From the human T2T-CHM13v2.0 reference genome, Homo sapiens, in NCBI RefSeq assembly GCF_009914755.1, contig NC_060931.1: a stretch of 64,000 nucleotides of DNA; one strand, given 5' to 3'. Below, one piece after another: positions 1 to 15,820 of this stretch. Within the stretch, counting starts at the first letter, position 1, and every line of letters begins with the position of its first letter. The notes below the pieces were generated by a model. That model was given only the letters and a program-made list of their open reading frames with translations, had not been told where the DNA came from and did not search any database. The position numbers and the translations under genes were made by a program.

Positions 1-1351
1 TTCTTTCTCCTTCCTAGGATAGCAGTAATTGTGCTGCAAAAAACCCAAAATGTTTCTATTTTAAAAATGTCTTATGAATTATAAAACCTTTGAAATTGAT
101 GGCTTGATGTTGCAGATAAATTGAACTAGATTTCAAAGTACAGTTAACTTGACAGTGCTTTGAAACAAGGGTCACTCATTGTCATTACATCTTTATGACT
201 ATTTTTATGAGAGAATTTGGATAATTTAACTCTCAAAAATTGTCACATGCTGTTTTAGCTTTTGTAGTTTTGCTTTTGTTAGATGTCACAACCGCTATTA
301 ACACAACTTGCATTTTTTCCTTTCATTTATGTTGAACTAAAAGATATATGTGAATATTTTCTGGGAATTATTTACCTTAGATTGAAGAGGAGAGTTGCAG
401 TTTTTACATTGTTCTTTTGCTGTCATTAAAAGAAAAAAAATCATCTGACCAGGAAATAGTATTTTTAGTAAATATACTCTCAGAATCTTCTCCTTCCCAT
501 CTGAAAATAAGATGTTTTTGCTTTTTGATAAGGTAATGGTCAATGGGATCGAAAGACACTTTTTTCTTCCACAATTACAATAGACACTGGTATGGTTTAT
601 TGATGATTCTCATCAGTTATATTTCACCAAAATCTCATAGCAACAGGAGAAAATTTCCCATTGTTTGGTTGGGAGCCAGAAGCTGAGAGTGCAGGTCATT
701 TTTCTTCATCTGAGGAAAGTGGAATAGCCAATCCACCACTTTGTTTTCTAGGTCTAAAATGATCTGTTCAGTCTTTCCTAATTCATGGGTGTGGCATTCA
801 TAGGAGAGGCTGGTGGCACAAAGGAAATAAGACATCTATGCATCAATTTCTTTATATTGTACCATGGGATGGGGGTTTTAAAAGTTGTTCATATTTGTTT
901 TCTGCACCATACTGAATGAATATTTCACAGTAACTCTTTTTAGAACACAATACTTGGTGAAAAATAAAATTCACCGTATTAATGTAACATTTTCCAATCC
1001 TAGTTACCAGCACTGCAAAGTACACACCACTCAACAATTGCTAGAATATGTAGCTATGTGTATTTTTAAAGCATATTATAAATTTTCCCACTCTTAGCAG
1101 AAAGTGAAGGAAAATGAGCACTTCATTAGCAACACTCTTAGTTGTGCAGCCAAGAAATAAAACATGAAGTAAGGTTTCTAGATACTATGGGAACCCCATT
1201 ATGACTCCCTGGGGAGGCTTAGGGGAGGATGTTTTTCATAATGAGTCCATGCAGAAAGTTTTAATACTAGAACATCCTTACTTAGACATTTGCTTAGATT
1301 TCTACCACTAATGGGAAAACAAAACTAACAAAAACAACAACTCCCATGTAA

Positions 1352-1726
<375 letters not shown>

Positions 1727-1884
1727 TAATCTGTATCTCAGTGCCCTCTGTTTTTACAAAGTAGATGATAAGTATTGAGTTTTGAAATAGATAAAGGGTT
1801 GACAGTCATAGATTCTTGCTTTTAATTTTAAGAGAGAAGTAGGTAGCAAATTTTGGAGTTGAAAGACGGATCATGCAGTAACTA

Positions 1885-2048
1885 GCAACTGTTTCTCAAA
1901 ATTCCCTCATCATTAGGATCTCTTGAATTGCTGGTTTAAAATATCAGTTTCTAGGCTGCTCCACAAAATATTTTGGGTCCTGCAGTTGGACATGAAAAGC
2001 ACAAGCACCCCAGGTAATTCTTATGATCAGGAGAATTTGGGAAACATT
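1885..2048. mobile_element. hAT-Charlie MITE, MER5-like (approximate limits)
   Basis: Termini ctgtttctcaaa ... aagcaccccaggtaattcttatgatcagg...tttgggaaaca resemble MER5-family ends. Confidence 0.6.
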
Positions 2049-2169
2049 TATCTGATTTAATTAATTATAGAGGCAATGTCAGCGATTAAGAGGTAAGATA
2101 TGGAGTATAGATTCGTATGTTCATTTAGGAAATGCTTAGCTATCAACACTTATTGAGCATTTATACTAT

Positions 2170-2325
2170 GGACCAGATTTGAGCACACTTACTACATGTG
2201 TGATTTTTGAACTTGTCTTTTACCCTTTCTGAATCTCAGTTTCTCATTTAAAAAATGAGGATAATACCTTACTCATGGATTTTTGGGAAGGTTCAATTAG
2301 ATATGCCCCAAGAAATGCTTAATTT
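2170..2325 (+). mobile_element. MIR fragment
   Basis: Core motif tctgaatctcagtttctcatttaaaaaatgaggataatacc. Confidence 0.75.
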
Positions 2326-2634
2326 TTCTGAAAAATACCACTGTTTTTAGGCATCTGTTATACCGTAGGGGTCATAATTTAATTATTTCTATTAGGTATT
2401 TTTACTATACACCAAGATTTCATTATGCAATCACACATCTGTTGTTCTGAGCTGTGGTTCTTACTGGCATCTTTTGGAGATGTATTTAGAGGTAAAGAAT
2501 CCTTTAACAACTTTTAGGATCCAAAATCTCCTAACACAAACTTTCTCCTTCTGCCTTCTCTTTAGCCCTTTTAAAATTGGTGTATTTCCTACTTAAACTC
2601 ACATATTTCAACTTCTTGCAACACTATTAAAATT

Positions 2635-2870
2635 ACAGCTACTATTTGTTAAGCACTTACTGTAATCCAGGCACAGTCCTGGATGCTGCTTGTATTATTT
2701 AATCTTCACAGTAGTAGTGCAGTTTAGGTATTATGACTATTTAAATGGAGTCTGAGAACACAGAACTCAGTAATTGAGACAGCATCTTATAGGTATGATG
2801 CTGTGAAGAACAGAAATTATTTTAATACCTGTATATCTGTCTTCAAGCCCAAGTTCTGTCCACTATAAGC
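2635..2870 (-). mobile_element. MIR fragment
   Basis: tatttgttaagcacttactgt...caggcacagt...atttaatcttcaca matches the MIR reverse complement. Confidence 0.6.
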
Positions 2871-2929
2871 TATTCCCATAACTTTAATACAGTCATTTTC
2901 CCAATATGAGAACATGAATTTCTCCCATT

Positions 2930-3140
2930 GGCTTCCTAATGGTTTTCTGTCACTCAGAGTAAAATTCAGCTTCTTTACTTACTAAGGCCTACAAAGCACT
3001 GCACCGTATGTCTTTCATGTTCTAAGGCTTTTGCATTTGTTGGTCCCTGTGCTTGAAACTGTCTTGCCTTAGGTAAGCTGTGCACCTCTCCCTGACCTCA
3101 TTAGAGATGTCTTTCCAGATGACCTCCCATACTTGAGAAC

Positions 3141-3203
<63 letters not shown>

Positions 3204-3395
3204 TATTGCCCTTCCTCCTTGCTGGCTTATTTTTTCTCTATAGCAGTGATCAACAGCTAACATCTTAACATCTAATATAGTTTTCTTTATTTTTTCTTTC
3301 TCCCAGTATAATGTTAGTGCCTGAGAATGGTAGCTTAATGTTATCTGCTTTATCCCCACTGCCTAGCACATAGCAGGGATGCAATAAATATTTGA
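2930..3395 (+). mobile_element. L2 3' end, interrupted by (AC)n
   Basis: ggcttttgcatttgttggtccctgtgcttg ... gcctagcacatagcagggatgcaataaatatttg is typical of the L2 3' terminus. Confidence 0.75.
3145..3200. repeat. (AC)28 microsatellite
   Basis: Perfect dinucleotide run. Confidence 0.99.
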
Positions 3396-5429
3396 TTCTC
3401 AAACATTGAATTGGGGGACATATCTGATATTCTTTATGTTAGTAATTTTATAATTTTCACAGCATTAGAACTTCATATGTGATATCTTGGTGGTTACCCT
3501 AATATTGTCTTTGTTAAGTATACTTTTCTAAACAAAGTTCCTGACAAAAAAAAAAATGTGGTGTTGTGTTTTACTTTTCACGCCAACAGGAATAGCACTA
3601 TGCAGAAAAAATATGTCTTTCTATGTAGAATATTTAGAATAAAAGGTTTTTGGAAAGATCCCTTACTCAAATAATGAAGTGGCTATTCAATATTAATACT
3701 TAGTATATTTCAGTTGTTCTTTGCTTTGGAAATTAGGGCTTTGGAACATATGTGAGAATTAGGTATTACTTCGGTATTAGGAGGTCTTCTACTTGCTGAC
3801 AGAATACTTCGTTTGTGCCAGTTCTGGCCATCATTCATTATTATTAATAGTAGTATATAAGCATGGTAATGCTAATTCAATAGGTTTTCCAGGTTTTTTC
3901 TCCCTCTTGTTATTATCTTTTATTTTGAAGTTTGCCTTTATTTCAAGTTGTATTTGTGGGTATTCAGAATTATTGTACCTGTGTATAACTCAGTGGTTCA
4001 AAAGTCATTAGTCTTTAATAAATTAGAATTTATTTTAAAAATTCAAGATCTGAAAACATCATTTCATTGACTCTCAAGTAATGTTAATGCCAAGTTTTGA
4101 AAAGCAATTTTTCTTTTTGGAGGCAGTAATTTTGAGTAATTGGATTCCATGAAAAAAATGGATTCAGGAGCTAATTGTGTACCAGGTTTACTGGCATTTG
4201 TGCAAAACAACATTTAGCAACTGTCAGTGACAATACTCATCTAATTTCTCTTTATCACCAGCTGGTCAATCACGTATCTTCATCAATACAAGTATTTTAA
4301 TTTCCTCTTTCAGGTATCCTCTTTGTGTGTTTTCTTCCTTCTCACTCTCCCTTCTCTCCTTATTTTAAGCTACTTTAGAAAATAGTAATACTTTACTGAT
4401 GTGTAAGATGCAAATCACTTTGGAAGTGAGAAGGTGGATATTTATACATTTGTTCTATGACGGGGTTTCTAAGTCTGTCCCACTGGGAATGGTTAGTACA
4501 TTCCATAGCTGTAAGGGAAAAATCCACTTTTCCCAGAAATAAAGGTCAAGAGACATGGAACAACTCTTTTATTATTTGCTTTCAAAACAGAGGGAATATG
4601 ATTTATGTCGAATATAAGCTTATGTCATAGCTGTGCAGGTGCTGCCGTGAAGCTGTGACCCCTGTCTAATCCCCATAACGACACTGGGCATTGACCACAT
4701 TTGCTTTGTAGTTACTGAGCTGCTTTCCCAGGGGCCTTCTAGTTTCTGAACCCAGCCGCTGGGTAGCTGGTCGACCCGTGCTTGGTGCAAGAACATTGTT
4801 TTGTAAGTGCAACCTGAAATACATTTTATAACCCCTGCCTAAGTTAAATGACTGTAGGTCTGTGACGGAGCCTCTGTGATTGAATCAAAGTCTCCTCTTA
4901 ACTCCTTTTTTTCCTTCATGAATTTAGTAGTCGGCTGTAAATAGTTTTTTCTGCTTTATTTTTTATTGCGTTAAACATAATCACAATGATTTATTTCAAA
5001 AACACTAAACAGTTGCTTGATATTTACAAGATAAAATGTAATACTGACTTTAATACATCATTGCCTGATTTACTTATATAATTTTTATTTATCGTTGTAA
5101 GATAGTTAACATTTTTCCATGTTGCTTCAATATTTTTCCCCTTAAAGATTAATGACTTGGTAAAATTTGCAGTAATCACACAAAAAATTTGTTTTCCAAT
5201 TTCATTCTGTCTTCCAACATTTTGATCTCCCAGAGTTTTAATATTTTTTAAGTTTCCTATGTGTTATGAATTGTAAAATAAAACAAAAATCCCCCAAAAC
5301 AAAAAAAGACAGCTATATTAAAAGTATCAACTTTATTTTAAATCTTATTAATGCTTTTTATAATGGGAGGGAAGATATATATATTTAAATGACCATTTAA
5401 AGCAAAGTGAGGAAGTTAGGAACCAGGAC

Positions 5430-5612
5430 GCTGAAGCTAAACTGAAGTTGAATCTCAGCTCTATCATGTCCCAGCTCTGTGATTTTGTTAATCTCTCAAA
5501 ATCTGCCTCATCTGTAAAAAAAGGTGAATGATAGTAAAACTATCTGTTGCATAGCTGTTGTGATTATTAAATGAGTTAGCATTTGCAAAGCCCTACATAA
5601 ATATTTGCTGTG
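5430..5612 (+). mobile_element. MIR fragment
   Basis: gttgaatctcagctct...gcctcatctgtaaaa...gttgtgattattaaatgagtta. Confidence 0.75.
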
Positions 5613-6338
5613 TAGATAATGTTTAATTTTGTCAAGAACTTTTAAAAGATGTGTTTTGAGTCATTCATACAGGCACACACACAGGTTATTACAATTTTAT
5701 CAAGAAATTATTAGCCTTGTCTTAAATCTCAAAAAATTTGAATTGACGGTGAATATGTGGAAAGTGACAATATACAAGGTTATCCACTATTGGAAGGTGT
5801 GTGTGGAACAGAACAGAACTAGATCACATAGCTGTGGAGAACAAAAGCTCAAGAAGAAAAAAATTCAAAATGAGTTTATATTTTTCTCACAATAACTGTG
5901 GGCACCCTTCAAGCTTCAGTTAAGTGATGACAACATAATTAGACAGTAAAATATTCTGTTTCTGAACTGTTCTTTGTGTGACCTTCAGTTATCTCTGAGG
6001 ATCCTCAGGTTTCTTAAGGTTTCCTTAGGCTGTCTGTTTAATCTGATTTTTCTGAAAAATGTACATGAATAAATAGGCCCTCCAACTAAAAATATTAATA
6101 TTTAACATTTAGCCAAAGAGGTAGCAAATATTATTTTCAAACAAAATGAAGTAAGATAGAAGAGCTGAGACAATATAATATTCTGCTTAGAGGGAAACAG
6201 TAGGTTGCCACTGATTTTTAGTCCTGTGTTTTGAAAACTATTTGAGATAGAAGGACTAAAATTGCAATGAAGATTACTGCAACACAGTTACTTGGTCCTC
6301 CTATCATTAATTGATTAAAGGTAATTGCCAGGGAGTCA

Positions 6339-6352
6339 CCTCTGGAGGGCAG
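6339..6352 (+). promoter_or_regulatory. CTCF-like motif
   Basis: CCTCTGGAGGGCAG versus core CCASYAGRKGGCRS, two tolerated deviations. Confidence 0.4.
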
Positions 6353-8540
6353 TGCAGTCTTATATTTGTTGCAGGAGCTCCAGGTACCTTTAAATTTTCC
6401 AGAAGTTCATTTCAAAGATTCTTGGCCTTGTGAGATGTGAGTCATTCCCCGTTTTAAATACTCAAAGGGAACGTAAAGGTGAAAACAAACTCTTTTTCGT
6501 TATGATGGTTAGCATGCTAGATTCAGGGAAAATGACGGGAAATAGGACTTACCATATAGAGTTAGTGAATCTCGGTGTGCAAATAAGGAGCTGGCTGATG
6601 TTTGTTTTTTTCCCCCCTTTTCCCCACTTTGGTTCAGATACTTGTGAACCTCCATTTCATGATCCTTGTTTTTGTCTCTGTCTTACTCTAAAATACAAAT
6701 CTGTATCTTCTAAGAAAATCTTTTAACAGCCTCACCATATAGGGTGTTGCAGAAGGTCAGCTCGGCGGCCAGCAAAATATCTTCCAGTACCTTAACAAAT
6801 CAGCAAAATATTTTGAGAAATGCTTTACTTTTATGAACAAATACCCTGCTAGTTATTGGATTTGTCATAGCATCTAAGGTTTCTCTCATAACCATACTGA
6901 CCTTCATGTGCTATTGTATTACAAAACCAACTCTTTATGTAATCAAACCTAAGGAAGAATGCTTAATTAGCTATACATGACCCTGTGTTATGATACAGGC
7001 ATACAAAAGTTATTTTCTTCAGCACTATCTAGCTATTGTACAAAGAAACTTCTTTATAAAGTAAGACATGGGATATTTGATGTCTCAGGAGTAAAGTAAT
7101 ATTGGGATTTTTTTTTTTCCTCTGCAAGCTGTTTGAGAGCTTTCAGCAGGGGGATACCGTATTTAAAGGTAGCCTAAGATCTCATAACTCCATGTGTCAC
7201 AAAAACTGTGTAGGTTATGAAAGACTTTTCTCGTGAGCAAAACAACTGTGCTTTTTAGCTCTAAATCATGACATAGTCTTGTTATACCACAAAGAATTAA
7301 AGAATGTTAAGTAAATGACTTTCTTCCCTCCCTCTGTGCCTCTGAGGATAGTTATTAATGCCGATTCTTGCTGCTGAGTGATCCTGAAGCTACTGTGGCA
7401 ACCTTTTTATTCCCTGAGTGCAAATGAATCCTCTATGAGGTAATTGAAGGAAATTGATGACATTATTTGCTGTATCTTGGGTATCAACAGCATATAAATG
7501 AAAAACACAGCAGAATGCCTGGCCTGTGTTACCACATTGACCTACACATTTGGATCTGAAAGATCTCGAGCTATTTTCTGCCTAAGCAGACTTTGCACCT
7601 TTGTGTTTTATAGTGAAGTAGCAGGTACACAACTTTTTAAAATCATGAACTCCTAGCATTGGATTACCACCACCTGGTGTAAGGGATAGGTTTTATAGAA
7701 ACACAAAGAGCATGGACTTATTCTTTTCATTTTTGTTCTTCTTTGCCAATTTTAATGTTATCTTCACAATCTGAACAGTGTGACCTGTTTCACCTTCTTT
7801 TATTTTGAATGTTAGTGTATGCACATTCTAAGCCAAGGGTGGCTTTACCCTTTAAGTTAAATTAAACCATTTGGGACTTAGCAAATTCTGGGTTGTATGT
7901 TTTAAGGTGAAAAAAAAGCACTAAAAAGAAAATTTAAAAGAAATTTTATCATCATATAGGGTGTGGATGAATGATTCAAATAGAAAACCTATTTTAAATC
8001 AGCCCTACTGAATGAACTATACTAAAAGGACATTTATTTACCTAGTTAGGGAAAAAAGTCACTTTAAATATGGTCTCTAGTTACTTTTCTTCCCATTTAT
8101 TACATTTGCCACTTCATTGTGACCTTACTATGACCTTGTAGTTTATGGGCTAAAGGTAACCATTATGCAATAATGAAAATATGCAGGCCAGTCTTTACCA
8201 CCTTGAAAAAATTGGTTTCTTATATTTTGTTTAAATTAACACACTTTGCTATTTATAAAGCTCTGCTCTACGGTGCTTGAAAGAGGAGAGAAGAATTAAT
8301 CGCAACTAATGTGCAGATTTAGGCTTTTAGAGACTGTGTTTAGTGGAGGTGAGTCAGCAGGCCTTGTTATATTAATTATAGTGGTTTGATTCTCTACTGG
8401 TTTTGATTCACAGAGATATGCGCTGTACGTAAGAATTAAAGCATCAATTGCTTAGGAGAAAAAGGAACTTAAAAATCAAACCATTAATACCTATCTTTGC
8501 TTTCTTCTTTTGTCTAATTTGTTTTATTTTAGTTATCCAG

Positions 8541-8696
8541 GCCCAGATTTCCTCCACTTTCCCTTTGCCTTGATCCCAAAACCTGACCTCTGTGAAAAAG
8601 GCAATTCATCAATTGGATGTGGTGAGGGAAATGCCCTTCAGAAGGATCTAAAACAGGCAATACAAAAAGCTTTAGACAGTCAACACATCGGGGCAC
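8541..8696 (+). other. candidate cassette exon (156 nt; alternative acceptor at 8533 gives 164 nt)
   Basis: Long pyrimidine tract ...ttttattttAGttatccAG| and donor CAC|GTAAGC. Open in phase 1: PDFLHFPFALIPKPDLCEKGNSSIGCGEGNALQKDLKQAIQKALDSQHIGA. Confidence 0.45.
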
Positions 8697-9019
8697 GTAA
8701 GCTCTGATGTGACTTGTTATCTCTGAGACCAGTGTTTGCATTCTTCCTGGTTTGTTCCTTAGGCTTGGAAATGCACTGAAACCACAGCTGGTCTTGAAGA
8801 GCCATAGAGGATGTGATACAAGGAATGATAAATTAATAATTACAGATCCTCAATCTGCTTATTGTCAGTCATTTTTTCTACCACCAGTTACAAATCCAGT
8901 CTTTATTCTCAAACAGAAGTGATGATAATTATCCTTGGTAAAATAACTTTCACATAATGTTGATTGCAGACAGTCACCAAGGGCTATGCTCCAAGTACAC
9001 TTCTCACCATTTTTATACA

Positions 9020-9160
9020 TGAAATAAAAACTCTTATTATCTCCACTTGTCCATGAGGAAACCAATGTACAGAGAAATTAAGTACCCTTCTCAGGGTTAC
9101 ACAGAAATTCAAGAGCTGGATTTTTACCACAAAGGATGGTTTAGAGCCTCTGGTCTTAAC
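9020..9160 (-). mobile_element. MIR fragment
   Basis: tattatctccacttgtccatgaggaaacc...cagagaaattaagtaccctt...ggttacacag. Confidence 0.6.
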
Positions 9161-9699
9161 CTTCCAAGAGTCTGGGTTCTTGGGAATCTTCATTTTCAAC
9201 ATAGGCTCTTTATACTACCAGAACTAGCATGTTCTTCAGATATTCAAAACGGAGACTTTTAATAAGTTCATTATTAAAGAAGTGAATAATTTAGGATTAA
9301 AAAAATTCTGTTAAAAATGGGTTGCTCATAATTAATGAAGGCAGATATTTAAACCATGAATCCTTTATAAAACCTTGGGATGTGAAAGCTTATTTTGAAA
9401 TGGACTGTTGGACTGCATGCTAAAAGTATACCCAGAGTGAATTTTCAGAGACATTAGAGACAAATTTAACATCACCCTCAAATCTGTGGAAGGTTAAATA
9501 TACAGAGTGTGAGACATTGAGAATTAGGCATTTACAGGTACTTTTCCCCAGAGTTTGGTTTGGTGAGGGATTTAACCCCCATTTCGTGACACTGATCAAG
9601 GCAGGACATTTTGAAGGAAAAGCACTACAAAAAGGAGGAATTGCCTTGTCATGTTATGAAGCATTTAATTCTAAACTTCTCTGTTTTAAAAACAAAAGA

Positions 9700-9972
9700 G
9701 GCCTATCTATAGATAAACAAAGTAGACTCGTGATTTCCAAGGGCTGGGGCAGGAATGGGTGGGTATTAGCCATAAACTGGCTAGAGGGATCTTACTGCAA
9801 GCGATTGAAATGTTCCAAAATTGGATTATAGTGATCATTGTACAATCTGGTTTAAATGAACTTTGAAATCATTGAATTGTACCCTTTAAATGACCAAATT
9901 TATGGTATCTAAATATACCTTAGTAAAGTCATTTTTAAAAATGCATGTAAAAAAACTAAAAAAGAAAAAAAG
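9700..9972 (+). mobile_element. old L1M (L1MB/MC-type) 3' end with A-rich tail
   Basis: aaagtagactcgtgatttccaagggctgggg...gaaatgttccaaaattggatt...cattgaattgtaccctttaaatg, followed by an A tail. Confidence 0.8.
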
Positions 9973-10175
9973 GAAGATCCAGAATTGGGTCTTCAGACAG
10001 AATCATTATTTGCATCAAATTCAGAATTTCCCGTACATGATATTAATTTACTTCTCTAATTTGAAGTATGACACTAAATGTAACACGTTAGGTCATACAT
10101 TTGGCAAAGACAAATTCTTCCTGCCTGTACTTTTTCCTTTCAGTTTTTAATAGGTGGCGCCATTATTCTTTGTAG

Positions 10176-10189
10176 CCTCTAGAGGGCAG
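10176..10189 (+). promoter_or_regulatory. strong CTCF motif
   Basis: CCTCTAGAGGGCAG(CA), 13/14 match to the core. A second partial motif TAGGTGGCGC lies at 10151-10160. Confidence 0.6.
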
Positions 10190-10194
10190 CACAT

Positions 10195-10197
<3 letters not shown>

Positions 10198-10225
<28 letters not shown>
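10198..10225. repeat. poly(T)28
   Basis: Homopolymer not attached to a recognisable retroelement. Confidence 0.95.
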
Positions 10226-10230
<5 letters not shown>

Positions 10231-11249
10231 CAACAAACTTGTAACTCCCAAGCATCAAGAATGCCCAGTTGTTTCAGATGAACTCTCCAATTTTAGTTCA
10301 TCCTGACGACCTCACAGTGGAGGACCTTCCTATAGTGACTCCTGCGAATGAATCCTCCCTTCCTTCCTGTTAGTTGCTCCCTTTCACCTCTGGCTATTTA
10401 ATGTCCTTGAAAGATCTTTCAGCTCTCTCTACAGGGGAACATAGGAGTAATTTCAGTTGAAACTTTCACAACCTTTTTCCTTTAGAGAGCTTGATTTTTA
10501 GGTAAAGACAATAGTCAGTTAATGAATAAAACCGGTATTTGCACATGGGGGAGGGTTGATGCCCAGGAGATTGTCATAAGAATTCCTGACACAAGTTCTT
10601 CAGATCGCATCGGAAGAATCCGGCTATGCCAAAAGATAAATGTAGAGTTCTCCTCAATGTATGAATAACTAGGGATGCAGGATTTAAAATCTATAAGAAT
10701 TTTTAAAGTTGTAAGACATAAGCATCCTGGTGTGTTTTTTGATTGTTGTTCTTTTCATTTAATTATTTATTATTAGTTTATGTACAGTAGAAGCCAACAA
10801 ATAAGGGTTGGAAAGGTAAATTAACTAGCATTAAGGTATATACTGAAAGTCATTTTAAGAAATGCCTTACCTCTTCTCATCCCCACGATTAATGGCATTT
10901 TCCCTATGATCATTGAATTTTAAAAATACCTGGAAATTTATACCATTCTAGGATCTTATAGAATCTTATAGGATTTATTGGAGTTGATTTTAGTGTAGGA
11001 GCCTGAAACAGTTTTAGGTCCCCCTCACTATGTCTTATTGTTACTTCGTTTCTGACATTCTTCCTATATATCCAATCTAATATATATGTGAAAAAGGGTA
11101 GACATCAATCAGTATTAAGAAACAATGAGAAATGCCTGAACAGACCTTTAAGCTGTGATTTAAAAAAATCGTATTTGGGTGATCCTAGCAGTTAAATTGA
11201 CTTTTTCTTTCCTTCTGTCGTCTCTGTTCTCCTTTTTTTTCCTCAGTAA

Positions 11250-12120
<871 letters not shown>

Positions 12121-12559
12121 TTAGGAATGGGAAGTAATGTGTTGAGTCCACTGATGTTGGGAGCACAAACACTTATGTAGGAGGTAGAAGAAACAGTTTT
12201 TTTTCCTATAAAGTTATAAATAGCTTTTAGCTTATTAGGTGTGGCTATGTTGAGACAGTAGTTAATGATTAGTGGGATATTTAAAAGTGATTTTGGAAAC
12301 ATGAATATCTTGTGATTTTTATTTTATGCAAACTGGCATTGATTTTAAAAGCTGAGGCAATTTAAGCAACTTCGAATGAGTGTTTTCTCTCTGAGGGTTG
12401 GAATTTGGAAAAAATTGAAATATGGGAGCAGATGAGAACATGAAGAACTTGATAAGTATACCTACATATCCTTTGATATCATTGTTAGGAACTTATCTTT
12501 TAATCGAATGCATGGTGCCATAGGTTATTCCTTCTCTATATCACTTAGTACTTAAGAAC

Positions 12560-12770
12560 ACAAAACTAGACATTAGTAGAATTTACAGATACACATTTGA
12601 TTCCTGGCTTTACCACTTACTCTAGCTATAACTTTAGACACCTGTCCCCTCACTGATATTTCTGAACTGGAAAATTGAGGTATAATAACCACGTTAGAAG
12701 AATGTGGTGAGGATTATGTGAAAAAATTTATGCAAAGTACCTGTCACATAGTCAGTAGTATTCAATTAAT
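12560..12770 (+). mobile_element. MIR fragment
   Basis: tttgattcctggctttaccacttact...gtggtgaggattatgtgaaaaaatttatgcaaagtacctg. Confidence 0.65.
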
Positions 12771-12913
12771 ACCAGATTAGGTGATTTGCCATGATTTGCC
12801 CAAGGACAACAGCTAATAAATCGTAGGACTAATATTTCAACCCAGAAGGCCTTATGCTAAAACCTGCACTGTTCATCACTGCCCAGTACTTCTTTCTTAA
12901 ATTGGGGCAGTGA

Positions 12914-13212
<299 letters not shown>

Positions 13213-13455
13213 TAAATTGTGGCAGTGAAGGGACAAGGAGGGAAGGATATTTGCTGTTGTCCCAAACTATCTTCTTACTTCTTTTCTTCCACTAACCTGC
13301 TTTTCCTCAACTCTCATTCACATTTTCTAAAACTTGAGAATGAAAAATTCAAAATTGCATAAAAGTAGAGCAAATAGTACAATGAACTTGCATGTAACTG
13401 TAGTCCCCAGCACCTGCTTTGTGTCTCCAGGGACCCAGCAAGGTTGCTTTGGTGA

Positions 13456-13755
<300 letters not shown>

Positions 13756-14379
13756 TGATTTTCTAACCACACTGAAGGGCATTTTCTTAACCCTCATTTT
13801 CCTCTGCAGTTAGGGCTCCTGCTGACACCACCTTCTGCTCTGCCTTAGCATTGCCACAGGACACGGTTACCTCACCTTCCACCCTCCGATTCTCCTCTCT
13901 AAACCCCTCACTTCTTGCTCTTCTGCTCTTCTTGTTCTAGATTGTTTTCAGAAAGTTTTTATGGTTTCTTGGACTCAACTATAATTGTAATTAAGAGATT
14001 AATCTCCAGTCCTAACCTCTTATCCTATGTATATTCCTACATTTTCAATTACTTTTAAACATTTATGGCAAAACTCATATCTGCCACCAAGTGGATGGAC
14101 TTCCTTTGTGCCATCATTTTTCTAGTTTACATAAGTGAAATGTTCAAGTTTTTCCTCTGTACTGTCGTACTCCTTCAGTCATTTAGACCCAATGTCCTTT
14201 GGTAATATTTTTCAGTATCTTCTCCTTATTTTATTTTCCTTTTTCTAGAAACATGCATCAACCTTATGACTTGTTATCCTCATTTTAATCTTTTCCCCTA
14301 CACTTTCTGAACATCTCTTTAGCCATAAATTTCCAGAGGCCTCTCCATTTGCTGTGGAAAAAAAGGAGAATTTAAGAAT

Positions 14380-14700
14380 TACCGTTTCAAGTGCTTTTCC
14401 TCTCACTGTTACTTTAATAAATTCTTTTCATCTTTCAAGGTCCACTTCAATCTCATCTCCTTTTTGAAGATTTCCATATTCTTTCCTCAAAGAGTAATAT
14501 ATTCCTTTCATTTAGTTACTACAGCACTCTTGGCACCACTCATTTCAAAATTATTATGTAGTACATTGCTGACAATTTTTTTTATTTGTCTTGTTATACC
14601 AGTAAAAATGTTTACTTTCCAAGAGTTGACATTTTTTTATACTTACTTACTTTCAGTGTCTAGAGCATTTGTTTATACATAATAGTTGAATGATTGATTT
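14380..14700 (+). mobile_element. L2 3' remnant
   Basis: tcatctttcaaggtccacttcaa...cagtgtctagagca...cataatagttgaatgattg. Confidence 0.5.
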
Positions 14701-15820
14701 TCATACTAGACAAATAATGATCAATGGGTAAATTAATTAGCAGTAAGTTATATACCTGAAAATTATTTAAAGAAATGGCAGAATAATTACCCTTGTCTGG
14801 GATCAGTTTTGTAACATGCCACAGTTAAGGGGCAAATTTTCAGTTCATTAAGCTTCTTCCAAAAGAGCCTAGTTTCAGAATGGAATGGTGTTTCTCCTCT
14901 TCTGAGAATTATAAGAAAGTGCTTTAGCTAGCAAATTTTTTTTTTCCTCCCAGGTGGTTCTTTGTCTACATACCATCCAACTATGAACAATAATGTATTT
15001 TATAGACTATACTAAGATATTGAAAGTTGGAGAGATGTATTCCTTTGTCTGATCAAACCTAGCAAGGAGAAAAACTGGGTTTTCTTCTCCTAAAATATTA
15101 AATTCCAAAAATTACAGGTACTCATTAAAAATCTCAAACAATACATAAGTAAGTGAAAGTAAATGGTGATGAAAGCCTCTTATCCACCCACACCTCTCTC
15201 CTGAAGTTACCTAGACCACTGCTTTCAGTTCATTTCAAACATCTAATCTATTGCATGTCGATTTATTTGGGTAGTATTCACTGCCTTCCCTACCCCTTCT
15301 TTACCACTGCACCTCAAGAAGACCTGAAAACCTTTAAATTGAAATTTAATTATTTCAATTTAAACATTCTTATTCTGTATATTTGGTAAATAATTATATT
15401 CACTTATATTACACCAGGGAAACCAAAGGAAACATTCATTTCTCTTTCTTTAGAAACATTTTAACTGACTCAATAGGCATAAAATTTTACTGAGGGTTAG
15501 ATTTCTGTTGAATATATGGTTAATTCTACTTCTGTTTAAGGAAAAGACCTTAACTTTAATTCATAGAGCAATGCTGTTGCAAATGTGTAATTTTCCAAAT
15601 TGTCCATAGTCCACAAAACACTTTAATGTATTATTTCGTTTATTGCAAGGAGAGAGAGAAAAAAAAAAACATTCTGGCATAAAGCCAACTAATTACTGAT
15701 ACACTCAGGAGACTCACCGTCAGTACATGATATGCTATTTTCCTCCAAGTGTTCCTTATTTCTTCCCTTCTCTCCTTGCCAGCTCCCCGCCCTTCTGGAA
15801 TTTCTTGGTTCAAGGACAAG

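Noticed and set aside
3060-3078. ccttAG|GTAAGC recursive-splice-like site
   Set aside because: Short pyrimidine tract inside an L2 relic; the motif alone is insufficient.
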